Below are positions 23,100 through 34,120 of a stretch of 64,000 bases of DNA, in pieces. Location: positions 117,864,001 to 117,928,000 of the forward strand of contig NC_045696.1 in assembly GCF_009834535.1 (NCBI RefSeq), given 5' to 3'. Source of the stretch: Camelus ferus (lineage: Eukaryota). The translations under genes were made by a program, and so were the position numbers. How positions within the stretch are numbered: the stretch's first letter is position 1; the number at the start of each line of letters is the position of its first letter. Below the pieces are notes generated by a model, which ran no database searches, was not told the origin of the DNA, and saw only the letters and a list, made by a program, of their open reading frames with translations.

Positions 23100-24200
23100 C
23101 GGTTATTGACAGCCCTCCCTGGATAGCCAATCTGCTTGAAGACATTGTCTCCACTCATTGCCTCCATTTTCCTAGCTCCTATTCATTCCAAAGTCTGCCT
23201 TCCTTACCCACCAATGCTGACAATGATCCCTTAATGACGAAATCCAAAGGCAGCCTTTTTGTCTACACTTTGCCCATCATTTTGCAAACAGCTGACATTT
23301 CCCTTTTCTGTGAAACCCTCCTCTACTTTGACTTACCTGGACACCGTTCTCAACTCTTGTCCTTTAATCACCTTCACAGATCTTCTTTCTCAACCTGGCT
23401 CTCAGGAATGTGTGTGGCTCAGGTCTCTAGAGGAGGTCCTCGTCTTACTGGATACAGTTTCGGAAGGTGCAATTCCCTTCTCTTCCACCAGTTACATTTC
23501 CATCTTTATGTTAATGAGTACAAACTTGTTATTTCCTTCCCCGTCTTCCTCCAGACCCACACACACGACTGCTAATGGACATCTCTACTTGACAGTGGAG
23601 CTCCCCGAATCTCTATATAGGAGAGGTTTAGAAACAGCACTCTAGTGGGAAGGGAAGGACTTGGTTGTATAAAAACTGCCTTTGCACAGCATGTACACTG
23701 TTTTGACTGCAATTGTATATGTGGTTGGGGTAGCCAAATAGAAAGCTAATGGAAATTAGGAGGAGGCTATGAGCCACTCCAAGCTACTTGTGGGCACCAC
23801 TACTGACATTTGGATGTCCCCATATCCAAAACTCAGTAGAGACAAATCAGAACCACTCACCAATTACCCTGACCTCAGGGAACGGTGCTTCCATCTAACT
23901 GGTCACCCAAACCTCAAACTGGAATCTTCTCTACTTACCGAGTAGCTCCTGCCTTCTCCCCAACTTTTTCCTCTGGGTCATGAACTCTGTAATTAGCCTC
24001 CATCCTTCTTGGGGTGCTGATCACTCAACCCCACCTTCAGGCTCCAGGGCTGGGCCCCATGTCCTACCCTCTCAGCAACCAGCTGCAGTCCTGCTCCAAA
24101 TCCCACAATGATTCCTCTCTTACAATCTTAAGTGTTATTGCTGCCCATAAAATCCTGCTTCTGTGTTCTGCCCATTAGATGAGATCTTCTTGGACGCTGA
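23100..24200 (+). mobile_element. Decayed L2 fragments
   Basis: Pyrimidine-rich L2 body (AAATCCAAAGGC..TTTT..GCAAACAGCTGACATTTCCCTT..TGAAACCCTC; GACATCTCTACTTGA). Confidence 0.6.
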
Positions 24201-24349
24201 CTCCAGTCTACAGAAAGGTTTTTTCTCCGGACACTGTCAGATGGGCTGTTGACCCCCCCCCCCATCAAGGACCAGCTGTGCACACGTGTGAGTTCCAAGC
24301 AGCTGCACGTTCCATATCTGCGCCCACAGGAGTCCTAGCATGTTCCTCA

Positions 24350-24745
24350 ACCAAGCCAGCTTATCGGTTCTGACAGTTTGTGTGGGTCAGGGGAGGACAG
24401 GCTTTCCATAGCAGAATCATTGGAACCAAGTGTAACACAACGCTTAATACTCGCTCACGCCCGAGTCAGAAGCGGGTCAGGTAGTTCTGCACAGCGGTCT
24501 TTTCAAAGGGCAAATCAAGGACCCGAGCAGCTCCCACTCCACACAGTTCCATCATCTCAAACACATGTTCTCGAAGATCGCCAAGGTAGGAAGGGTGGAA
24601 GCACAGAGAAAATGCACCTTCTCCTAGCTGCCTCAGACCCGATGTGACAGGACACCTCTATTCACATTCCATTGGCAAGAATTAGCCATAGAATCTCACC
24701 TATCTGCCTCGGGCTGGGAAATCAAGGAGACGTGGTGTTTGCTGA
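24350..24745 (-). mobile_element. MLT1 (I/J-like) MaLR LTR
   Basis: CACCTCTATTCACATTCCATTGGCAAGAATTAGCCATA..CACCTATCTGC..GGGCTGGGAAAT. Confidence 0.6.
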
Positions 24746-25477
24746 GCACTCATTAATACTGTTTCATAAATATTTAATTATTTCAGGAAGCTAAACATTA
24801 TCTCAAGGGTCAGAAAGAGCTAAAAAATATTTTTAAAAATAATAATAAAAGAATCTTAGGTTGATCTGAGTCATACCCATTTGCATCTAATAAAAAAAAT
24901 AGCAGCTGAGTGAGTAAACAGGGGGCTGATGGGAGGGGACCTCTGTGTGGGACTCAGGCTTGGCAATTAGTCAGAATGCTGACCCACACAGAGTCAGCTT
25001 CAGGAGATGCTGGCTGGTGATAATAAAATGGCAGCGTGTTTATATTTAGGGTGAGACTGAGTAATTGATGGCTGTCTGACAAACTGGCAGAAACCATACA
25101 GACATTCTGAAAAGTTCATTTAAAAGCCCACACTTAAATATCCCAATATTCCTTGTGACTCGTTCCCACCTGCCATATAATTCAATAAAGCTTTATCTAA
25201 CCATTTTACTTGTATGCATTAGGGACTCCGACCAGGGCTCTCTGCCTCCCAAGACTTCCATACGCCCTTATCTCTTTGTACTAATTGAGTTTTCTCACAC
25301 TGCCACAAGGGTATTGGCTAAAAGAAGATGGAAACGTCAGATCTGATATGCTGAAGGGATGGTGCTAGGATTCCTAAAGTCTCTGCCTGACCTCAGGTCT
25401 TCGGGGCCTCGGATTCATAATCGGAGGTACGGAAATCTCATATGTTCATATTAAGTGATCTTATCCATACATGAAGA

Positions 25478-25930
25478 GGGAGAAAAACATCAACTGCTCC
25501 TAAGGGCCAGATAATTGCATCAATGAGTGGAGCAGCCTAGGTGTTAAGCACTCACACCGCCAAGCTCTACCTGGTTATAGTCAACAACAGGGATTCTCAA
25601 AGGTAAGCAGGCACCAGCATCCTGGGAGGGCTGGCTGGAACACAGATCGCTGAGCCCAGCCACAGAGTTTCTAACAAGTTTCCGGGCGGTACTGATGCTG
25701 CTGGCTGAGGATCACACTTTGAGAACCACTGCTTAAGATGAAGGTAGGCTGCCTGAGTTACTAAATCCTCTATTTTTTTTTTTTCAAGAGAAACCAGAAA
25801 CCTAGATTTGTATGTGAAATTTTACAATTTAAAAAAACTTTGGCAGCAAATTCAAAATTATTTTTAAAACATTCTCTGAGCCAGAGTCTCTGAGCTAGAT
25901 TTTTCCCTTAATCTGCCAGTTCGCATCTCT
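25478..25930. mobile_element. MER102-like hAT element with nested MER5A (~25585-25732)
   Basis: TTTTCAAGAGAAACCAGAAACCTAGATTTGTATGTGAAAT; MER5A end CACACTTTGAGAACCACTGC. Confidence 0.7.
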
Positions 25931-26448
25931 ACCATAAGCCTTGACCAAGGAATGCTACATACACGCACACACACACACCTCTTTGAATGGGAAGATAGCA
26001 CCTTTATCAGGCATCCTACGTTGACCCCTATCACCTTAGGAGCTCTAGACGCAGATCACAACCCTTATAATTATTTTACCTTTGACATTCCCAAAATAAA
26101 TATCACTAACCCTTTTCAGTGTTGCCAAGGAACATACACTTGAAAGATGTAGCTTTCATTTGGACCAATTTTTAAAAATATGAACTTGAAACATTTCCAC
26201 CTAAAACATCTTATATCCATGTTTCACAAGCACCAGGTTCTGTGTAATTTCACAAGCATTTATTGGGGACCGTGCTGTGTGAGATGCTGCATCAGGAATA
26301 GATGATGTAGAAATACGCAGCCCCTCCAGCTCTGTCCGGTTCTGGGTTCTGTGGCATCTAGACTTGGAAAGGGGGGAGAGCAAGGAGCAGACATGACACC
26401 AATCTTCATTGTTTTATATGCACTGGGGTCCATTAAAGAGTTTATCTG

Positions 26449-26625
26449 AGAAACAAGGTCCTACTGCACAGCACAAAGAACTATATTCAATACCTTATAA
26501 TACCCTCTACTGAAAAAGAATATGAAAAGGAACATATATGTATAACTGAATCACCATGCTCTACACCAGAAATTAACACACTGTAAATCGACTGTGTCTC
26601 TACCAAATAAATAAATAAAAATTTT
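26449..26625 (+). mobile_element. 5'-truncated cetartiodactyl L1 3' end
   Basis: AACAAGGTCCTACTG.ACAGCACA..GAACTATATTCAATA...ATAACTGAATCAC..TGCT.TACACCAGAAATTAACAC and an A-rich tail. Confidence 0.9.
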
Positions 26626-26699
26626 AAAAGTTTTTTTGAAAAACTTTCCTCAGCATAAAAATTTTGACCATTAATTTAAATAACAACAATTAAGAAAGT

Positions 26700-27105
26700 C
26701 AAATACTTTTTGATTCTCTCTCTTAGATGGATCCAAACTCTCCGAGCCATTTCATCTCCTTCAATAGGACAAATTTTGAAGGACTAACCATGGTGAAGAA
26801 TTATTTCTGTTATGGAAAATCCTGGGTTATAATTCTGACTATTCTAGCCAGACGACATCAAAATATGAGAGAATTATTTTCATTCCGTTCGGAAGACAGA
26901 GAACACAAAATTGTGGTAGGCGCTTCTAGCTGGACACCACCATCCTACACACAGATACGCTTGTTCCAGACAGGAAGTTCAAATAGGTAGTGACATATCC
27001 ATCTCAGAGAGCTGGCTTCAAGTACAGTCCAGGGTTACCCCAGCACACGATTCCTGCCTCCTCAATTCTACTCCTGGGCCTCACTCAAGGGAAAAATTTG
27101 CCATG
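26700..27105 (+). mobile_element. CR1/L3 ORF2 relic (pre-RT region)
   Basis: ORF 26727-26990 contains NYFCYGKSWVIILTIL, cf. QHGFCKGKSCLTNLLEF. Confidence 0.5.
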
Positions 27106-27122
27106 ATAAATATCCAAGGACA

Positions 27123-27303
27123 GGGGGGAGGGTAGAGCGCATGCTTAACATGCATGAGGTCCTGGGTTCAATCCCCAGAACCTCCTCTGATAAATAAATA
27201 AAATAAGTAAACCTAATCCCCATTCCCAAGATAAAAAATAATTCAAAAGAGAAGTAAAGTACATGATAATGGTTGCATCAAATAAAGAGAAATTAAAAAA
27301 TAT
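27123..27303 (+). mobile_element. Camelid tRNA-derived SINE (Vic-1 type)
   Basis: GTAGAGCGCATGCTTAACATGCATGAGGTCCTGGGTTCAATCCCC; TSD ATATCCAAGGACA (27110-27122 / 27304-27316). Confidence 0.9.
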
Positions 27304-27479
27304 ATATCCAAGGACATATTGTGGCGAACTGTGACAGTGTCTCAGTGAGAGGAAATGCTGTCTTGCCTTCTAAAAAGGGCATTTGATCAACTCGATCTGA
27401 ATCATTGAAGCCTAAGTCTCATTACTCTTTCCTCAGCAATTAAAATATGTAATTTCTATGTAATGCTACCACACATCTA

Positions 27480-28220
27480 CGCTTTCCTCTAGATAGATAA
27501 AACCACGGAGACCCAACAAAAGGACGGCTCTGGCGGTACGAAATTCGCATTCACCAAAACATGTTCTTATTTCTCCGCCCTCGCTTGAGAAGAGAAATCT
27601 GCCCCTCTGCCCAGCAGAAATGACCAAAGCACTGAGGGCGAGGTCTCCGAAGCCCAGCGCCCAGCCGCGTGCGTCCGGCCGTGCACCCCGAACCGCAAGA
27701 AGAACCAAAGGTACGGAAAAGGGCCGCCTTGGCGGTGCCACGCTGGCAGGAAGGACGTCCCCTGAGGTTCGGGACACGCAGTCTACGAGCCACTGTGGCT
27801 GCTCTGACGGTGTCCGCCTTGGAGGGGAAGGAGAAAGCATCTACTGCCATCAGAGGATGTCCAGGGAGAAAAATCATCATCTGTAATGAATCTTTAACCT
27901 ATTTAAAGTAATTAAAGGTCGACTCCATATGTGAGAGGGAGCCTTTGTCTCTTTACTCTCCTAATTAGTCCCCGCACTGCCTGGAACCGGCTTCACCCGA
28001 GGCAGATCGCCGCCTTCTCCTCTGTGGTTTTTATCACAGCAGTGCCCAGGATGCCTCCTAGAATTCGCTTCCCCGCGATGATGAAAGGGTGTTGCTTTTG
28101 GCACACCTCCAGTCGTCTCCTGGCTTCAGTCACTTCCTCCCTTCTTCCCTCCCAGCGCCGTCCCCAACTCTCCTGTCTGGCGCGCCAAGCTCACATTTCC
28201 CCTCACCTGCCGCCGAAACC
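27480..28220. promoter_or_regulatory. Orphan CpG-island-like region
   Basis: About 44 CpGs counted by eye in ~740 bp of GC-rich non-repeat sequence; flanks are strongly CpG-depleted. Confidence 0.6.
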
Positions 28221-28461
28221 TCCCTCTTCTTAGATGCAGTAGAGTCCACCTAGTGCCATGGAGTCCTGACGGCCACTCTGAGCCAAGAACTTACACGAAC
28301 AGCAAGAAAACACAGGTCAATTTGGCAATTTCAAAATTTCAAGAGGTAAAAGGCATATGAACCCCTTTGCCTCAGCAGTCCCACTTCTAAGAACTTAGCA
28401 GTTGCTCAGAGATGTATGTCTAAAATATTGTAGCATTTTTGCAATATCAAAAGTGGAAACA

Positions 28462-28583
28462 GAGGAGGAGAGGAGAGCTCAGCGGCAGAGCAGGTGCTCA
28501 GCATGCACAAGGTCCTGGGTTCAATCCCCAGTATCTCCATTAAAATACTTAAATAAACAAAAAACCTAATTTCCTCCCCCTCT
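28462..28583 (+). mobile_element. Vic-1-type SINE
   Basis: A/B boxes; TSD AAAAGTGGAAACA (28449-28461 / 28584-28596). Confidence 0.9.
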
Positions 28584-28663
28584 AAAAGTGGAAACAAATG
28601 CCCATCACTCTAGATAAACTCTGCTCCCACCGTACAGTGTACAGACATTAGAAAGACCAGGCA

Positions 28664-28810
28664 AAAGAGGAGGGTAGAGCTCAGTGGTAGAGCATATGCT
28701 TAGCATGCATGAGGTCCTGGGTTCAATCCCCAGTACCTCCATTAAAAAATAAAATTAAATAAACCTAATTACCTACCCTCCCCTAAAACAAACAAACAAA
28801 CAAAAAAAAA
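28664..28810 (+). mobile_element. Vic-1-type SINE
   Basis: AGCTCAGTGGTAGAGCATATGCTTAGCATGCATGAGGTCCTGGGTTCAATCCCC and an A-rich tail. Confidence 0.92.
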
Positions 28811-28825
28811 GAAAGCAGCTTTTTA

Positions 28826-28981
28826 GAGGGGAGGGTGTAGCTCAGTGGTAGAGCACATGCTTAGCATACACAAGGTCCTGGGTTCAATCCCTGGGTCCCT
28901 CTGAAAATCAAATAAATAAGTAAACTTAATTACCTCCCATCCCAAAACAACCACAAAAAAAAACAAAACAAACAGAAAAAT
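28826..28981 (+). mobile_element. Vic-1-type SINE
   Basis: GGGGAGGGTGTAGCTCAGTGGTAGAGCACATGCTTAGCATACACAAGGTCCTGGGTTCAATCCC and a tail. Confidence 0.92.
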
Positions 28982-29504
28982 AGACCAGGCAGCTCTTATG
29001 AAAACATCTAATGATCTCCAGGACACGTGGTAAAGTGAAAAAAAGCAAGGCACCAAACACTATGTAAATAAAGATAATGATAAATATGAAAAAATGAAAG
29101 ATGTGTTGTATGCATGCATATGCACAGTCAGTCTCAATAAGGATACAAAAGAAAACCAATAAAGAGATTCTCCTCTGGGACATGGAATTGAGGGGCTTGG
29201 AAAAGTGGGAGAAGGACTTCTGCCTTCTTAGCTATTTGAATTTTTGACCCATGTGTGAATCACATACACAAAAGCAAGTACACTAATGGACAATTAATTC
29301 ATAGGCACGGCCCCAAGATGGCCAACAGGGAACAGCACCAGAACGAAGGCTTTCCCTCTGCGGTAGAGCCATGATTTGCCTCTGGGAGTTTACTACTCTG
29401 GACTACACTTTGTCACGTTTCTGATAAAATCCTTCAAGGAACTCCAACCGTGAATACTGAACGTGGATATCCTAGACATGATGCTAAGAGTACAGAATGA
29501 AGAT

Positions 29505-30075
29505 CTTTGTCTGAGTTTCCTAAAACACAGCCTGACATTGAAGGTTGATGCTTTCTTTGGAAGGTACAGTCCCAGGATGGGAAGAGTAAGGAAAAAGGGA
29601 GTGAGGTAGGGAGCACCGGAAGTGATCCCAGATGGTACACAACAGCATGGGCCACAGCTCAACACAAGCCTGGAAAGAGACAGTGCTGGGTGCCCAGAAG
29701 ATAAGGGATGTATTTGGACAGCTTTTGCAGTAAGCTCATCCTCCAGGGGGAGGGAAGAAGGGAGATTTATCTGTTCACCTTCCTCCTGCCTACCTCTCTG
29801 GTGTTCAAAGTCTGCTCCACCAGGAAAACAAGCCCCCTGTATTTCTGGGTGGATCATCTAGCCCCTTCAGTGGCTGCTCAGGAAGCCAGATGAGGAACGG
29901 CACTTCACTGGATCCCACAAGTGGTGGGAGAAGGGAGAGAGTATGGGGCAGCCCTCGGCCTCAGGCATCAGCACCACTGGGATCCGTGCAGCTAAGGCAG
30001 AGCAAGTGATCTGGGGTCCAGCAGGCAGGCTGGGCCAAAGAATCTGAGAGAAATGTAAAGCGTGTTTGCTACAGT
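29505..30075 (-). mobile_element. Old ERVL-class LTR (LTR16/LTR33-like)
   Basis: TGTCTGAGTTTCCTAAAACACAGCCTGA..GGTACAGTCCCAGG..GGGAGTGAGG pattern. Confidence 0.5.
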
Positions 30076-30176
30076 GGGCAAGAAACTCTTCTCGTCCTCA
30101 CAGAATTTTGCATAAGAGGAGAAACTGACACTTCCCTAAAAATGAAAGTACCAAGTGCTTTCCAAGAGAAATGCTC

Positions 30177-30511
30177 TGTGTCTTTGACTGCTCGGGAGCT
30201 GTAACAAAATACTACAGACTGGGGGGCTTATAAACATCATAAATGTGTTTCTCACAGTTCCGGGGGGCTGAAAGTCCAAGGTCAAGGGGCCAGCATGGTG
30301 GGAAGAGGAGCCTCTGCCAGGTCGCTGAGTTCCTGCTGTGTCCCCACATGGTGAAGGGACTCGGACGCTCTCTGGAGCATGAATAAGGGCATGAATCCCA
30401 GAGCCCCTCCCAAAGGCCCCAACTGCTAATAATATCTACCATCAATTGTGAGGGTGGGGATGGTTAGGGTTTCAACTTAGTTTTGGGGACACAAACATTC
30501 AGCCCATAGCA
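30177..30511 (-). mobile_element. MLT1A0 MaLR LTR
   Basis: GCTGTAACAAAATACTACAGACTGGG.GGCTTATAAAC...TTTTGGGGACACAAACATTCAGCCCATAGCA. Confidence 0.88.
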
Positions 30512-30514
30512 CAC

Positions 30515-30952
30515 TGTATAAGTCAGTTTTCACTATATAACTAGACATTCTGAAACTTAGAGGCTTAGAACAAGAACCGTTTTCTTATTGCTCACAAGTC
30601 TGAGTGTTGACTGGGGGCTGGGTGGACTGCTGTGTTCAGAAGTGGGAAGGCTCAGTGGTTGCTGGCTGTCAGCTGAGGTCTCTCACCCTCCAGGAGGCCA
30701 GCCCTGGCTTCTTCACATCGTGGGGATGACAAGGCTCCCAAGGGTAGCAAGGTGGGGCCAGCACCTTTCAAGACTTCCCTTCTATCATAGTCACTAATGT
30801 CCCACTGATGAAACAAGTCATGTGGCCAAGACCAGATTCAAGGGCTGGGAAGATAAAGTCCACCTCTTGGTATGAAAAGTGGGACAGTTCTACTGCAAAA
30901 GGCTATACACCCAGGGATGGGAGGACGCTGGGCCCATTGTGCAGTCAACCAC
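30515..30952 (-). mobile_element. MLT1 (H/I-like) MaLR LTR
   Basis: TGTATAAGTCAG...GGCTTAGAACAA..TTATTGCTCAC...CAAGTCATGTGGCCAAG.CCAGATTCAAGGG. Confidence 0.75.
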
Positions 30953-31789
30953 AAACTGCCAGGTACCCTGGCAACAAGGACTGTTCCCTTCATGGCCGCC
31001 TGTCCCCAGCAGGGCTGAAGAAAGTCGTTTTCTGATGACCTTTAGCACTGGAAGGTCAATTTCCCATCTATCCATACTGACTCTTTCCGATGTCTTCACA
31101 AAGAAGCAGGAATCCTACAGACAGCAGGCAGCTCTTGCCTTCTTCACAAGACCTTGATAATTCACAATTCAGTCATTCAGCCAGATGTTCAGAAAGCATG
31201 ACCTCGTGTTGAACTCCTTGGCAGTAAAGAGTTTACAGGATGATTATTTACATCAGTATTATTACTTATGCTCATCCTTACTGATGGAATAACTAACATT
31301 CTGGCAATTTGCACAGAATTTTATGAGAAATCTATTGTAGTCAGCCTAAAATAAATACAGTGCTGTAGCTACAAAGAACACTCCTCCTCTTCTCTCTGCT
31401 AAGAGAAAATGAGATTCTCGTGGTGCATAAAAGCTAGGCAAAGACCTCAGGGTTGACCATCACTTTGAGAAGATTTGGCCAGATTGACACTCTAAGAAGT
31501 CTCTCCTTCTGGGCACCGACTTCTCTTCAATCCAGGTAAACTGCCCCCAAGCCACAGCTTGCTGACTTGAGCAGTCAGGCATCCCACAGTGTATAGCTCA
31601 CTGGATCACTGAAGATTCTGCCTTGTTCTGAACCATCCTGTTACTCTTAATTTTTAAAAAACTTGAGCTATTTGTTAAAGTTATTTTAAATAATTATTTT
31701 TTTATTGGTTGTGCTAATTAAAATGATACAAAATCTAAAACATTATTTGATGACCCCTGCGAGGCATAATTAGATATTTAAGTAACGAT

Positions 31790-31997
31790 TAATCACTGCT
31801 GGGCTCCACTCCTAGGGCACCTAGATGATCTGCGTTAGAGTCACCACAACGGGATGCAGGTGGAGGGGAGACTTAATACAGACTCCCCTTGTCCCAGTCA
31901 TTCTGGTTCCGAAGATGCGGGATGAGGACAGGATATGCAATTTTAACAACCTTCTCGGGTGATTCTAATGTACACTGAAATCTGAAAACCACTGCCT
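31790..31997. mobile_element. MER5-family DNA transposon
   Basis: TTTTAACAAC.TTCTCGGGTGATTCTAATGTACACTGAAATCTGAAAACCACTG. Confidence 0.7.
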
Positions 31998-32299
31998 AGG
32001 GTTTGTTACTGGCTCTAGGGAGCGTCAAGTTTTTAGTGAAGGTTTACAGCAGAAGTTCTTGCACTAGCCTCCCCCATCTTTTGTAAGATAATTTCGAATT
32101 GACTGCTGTAAAATGTTATTAGGGGAAGGAGCTTATGTGTATTTTTTTCCAAGCCTCTCCTTGTTTCTCTTTTCTTTCCTAATCTAAGTGGGAAGAATAG
32201 AAAAGATGAGAGGAATGGAGGGGAGGGGGGAGAGAAGAGGGAGGGAAGGGAGGGAAGGCGGGGAGGAAAGAAAAAAACTGAACGGAAAACTCATACTGT

Positions 32300-34120
32300 T
32301 CTAACTTCTACTAATGCTTTTGAAATGGTCTTTGTTCCAACTAGTACCTTGGTTTCTAAGTCTTCATATTTTTTGTCAAGTATAAATTATCTACCCCTCT
32401 CTGGATCTTGTTTTTGATCAACTGCTTAATCTTCGTTCAGGACGTCTTGTAACAACTGCATGTGGTTTCCCTTTATCTAGAGAGTCACAAACTTAAATCA
32501 GAGGCTTCAAGTCCAGTTGTGCATCATAATTACCTGGGATCTCATCTGAAACAGACCCTTCTTAAGCTCAAGAAGGCATATTTTTATAAACTTCCCAAGT
32601 TATTAAAAAACATAATCAGATTTGGCAATGTACTTAAATCCAACCTTATTCCAAAAACTTAATATTAACTATGACATGTGATGAGTTCATAACAAGGTGA
32701 CTTAGGATGACTTTTCCAGCAAGATGTTTTGGCTCCTAGAACCACTCCAGAATCCAGACATAGAAAGTTATGTCAAACAAAGGGTGCACAGCCTGAGGCT
32801 TCAAATTAATTTCTTACACATTCTTCACAAGGTAAATCCATATGCCATCAGGAGTAAGAAATCGAAGGAAACCATTATTTTCCAGGACTCAATCCTTAAC
32901 AATAACATTGTCTTCTACCTTTTCAAGGTGTCACGTATATTCATTAATTTTGGAATCAAACCACCTGGATTCAAATCCCTAATCTCTCATTCACTTTTTT
33001 CTGTTATACTGGGAAAATATTCAAACTCTCTCAGCCCCTTTCCTTATCCATAACATGCAGATTTTACTCTCAGAGCTTGAGAGGAATCCTTTGGTTGTCA
33101 AGTCCAGAAAACCCAATTCAACTTATACGATGAAGGTAAGCTGTTGGGGGAAAAAACTCAAAGTCGAGTAGACTTTCATTGAGGCTTCATCTAGCTGCTC
33201 AGTGAAATCAACAGAGTTCTCCTTTCTTGTTTTGTTTTTTTATCCCCCAATTCTTTGATGCTACTACTACCAAGGCTGACTCCCCTTGGCAGTGTCCACG
33301 CTTCCACATTCAAAGTTAACACAAAGAGAATGTCTCTCCAGGCATTTTTGCAGAAGACCCAGGATCCCTCTGGAATTTTCTCCTGTGATCTAATTGGTCC
33401 AAGCTAGGTCACATGATCATCCCTGACTAATCACTGCAGCTGGGATCTGCTGGTTGGCTTGAGCCTGCCAGGGCTTATCCTGGGGATAGGTGTGGGATCT
33501 GTGTCCCCTGAAGTGTAGGGGACATCCTTGAGGGGAGGAGGGGGATGAGAATCTGGGTACTACAATTAACAAGAAGGGAGAGAGACTCTGGGTGGCCTAA
33601 AATAAAAAAGCATTCATTACCTTTCTACCGAGGGATTTGTGAGAATTACATAAAGTAATCCACATGAAACATTAGTGGCTGGCACATGGTAAACACTCAA
33701 TAAAAGTTTACTATGATTATTGCTATTCTTATTATTACTGTCAGCATCAATTAATGGGTCCAATGCATGGCAATGTTATTAAAGCCCGAATATTACCCAG
33801 AGATTATGGGCATCTGCTTCTCATTTGTGGGAATGAAGGAGCGGACGTCATGCTTAAATCCCACTGAAGCATGCTATTCTTAACCATATGTGTTTAGAAG
33901 TAATTGTTCAGCAGGACAAAGTAGGAAAGTTCTGGGAGAAACTTTAGTGCTCGTCGTTGCTCATAAAGTTACATTTCAACACCAGAGAGGACACTCATAT
34001 CCCCCTCTCTCGACGTACCATTGTAGACTTCCGTCTGTCAAGATTACATTCTGTCACTGCCATGAAAGCAGGACCTGCACACAGAAACTCACGTTGACTT
34101 TCACATCCCATGGTGACAGG
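32300..34120 (-). mobile_element. CR1/L3 ORF2 3' half, split by MER5, MIR and MLT1
   Basis: Minus-strand WDVKVNVSFC (34081-34110, cf. WQMKFNVSKC), EGDMSVL (33987-34007, cf. ERDLGVL), LEKV (32916-32927), then a CR1-like 3' tail at ~32370-32460. Confidence 0.65.
32950..33725 (+). mobile_element. MIR split by an MLT1K/L-like LTR (~33075-33605)
   Basis: MIR 5' CCTGGATTCAAATCCC and 3' TGGCACATGGTAAACACTCAATAAA halves flank MLT-like GGTCACATGATCATCCCTGACTAATCACTG. Confidence 0.65.

Larger units (their letters stand above)
28270..29280 (+). mobile_element. Old L1 (L1ME/MC-like) 3' UTR carrying three SINE insertions
   Basis: CCCTTTGCCTCAGCAGTCCCACTTCTAAGAA...AAGTGAAAAAAAGCAAG L1 3' UTR motifs. Confidence 0.65.

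Noticed and set aside
23057..23645. 172-aa and 128-aa ORFs
   Set aside because: They coincide with decayed L2 sequence.
27466..28233. Several ORFs across the CpG island
   Set aside because: Open frames on both strands are expected in GC-rich DNA; no recognisable protein.
28462..28981. tRNA gene cluster or CRISPR-like array
   Set aside because: The repeated units are tRNA-derived SINEs with A-rich tails and TSDs; no intact acceptor stem and no regular repeat-spacer structure.
31200..31560. Additional minus-strand CR1 relic (LYLF..SHKILCKL)
   Set aside because: Motif match too weak to list without a profile search; similarly weak hints at ~38000-38160 and ~54450-54540.
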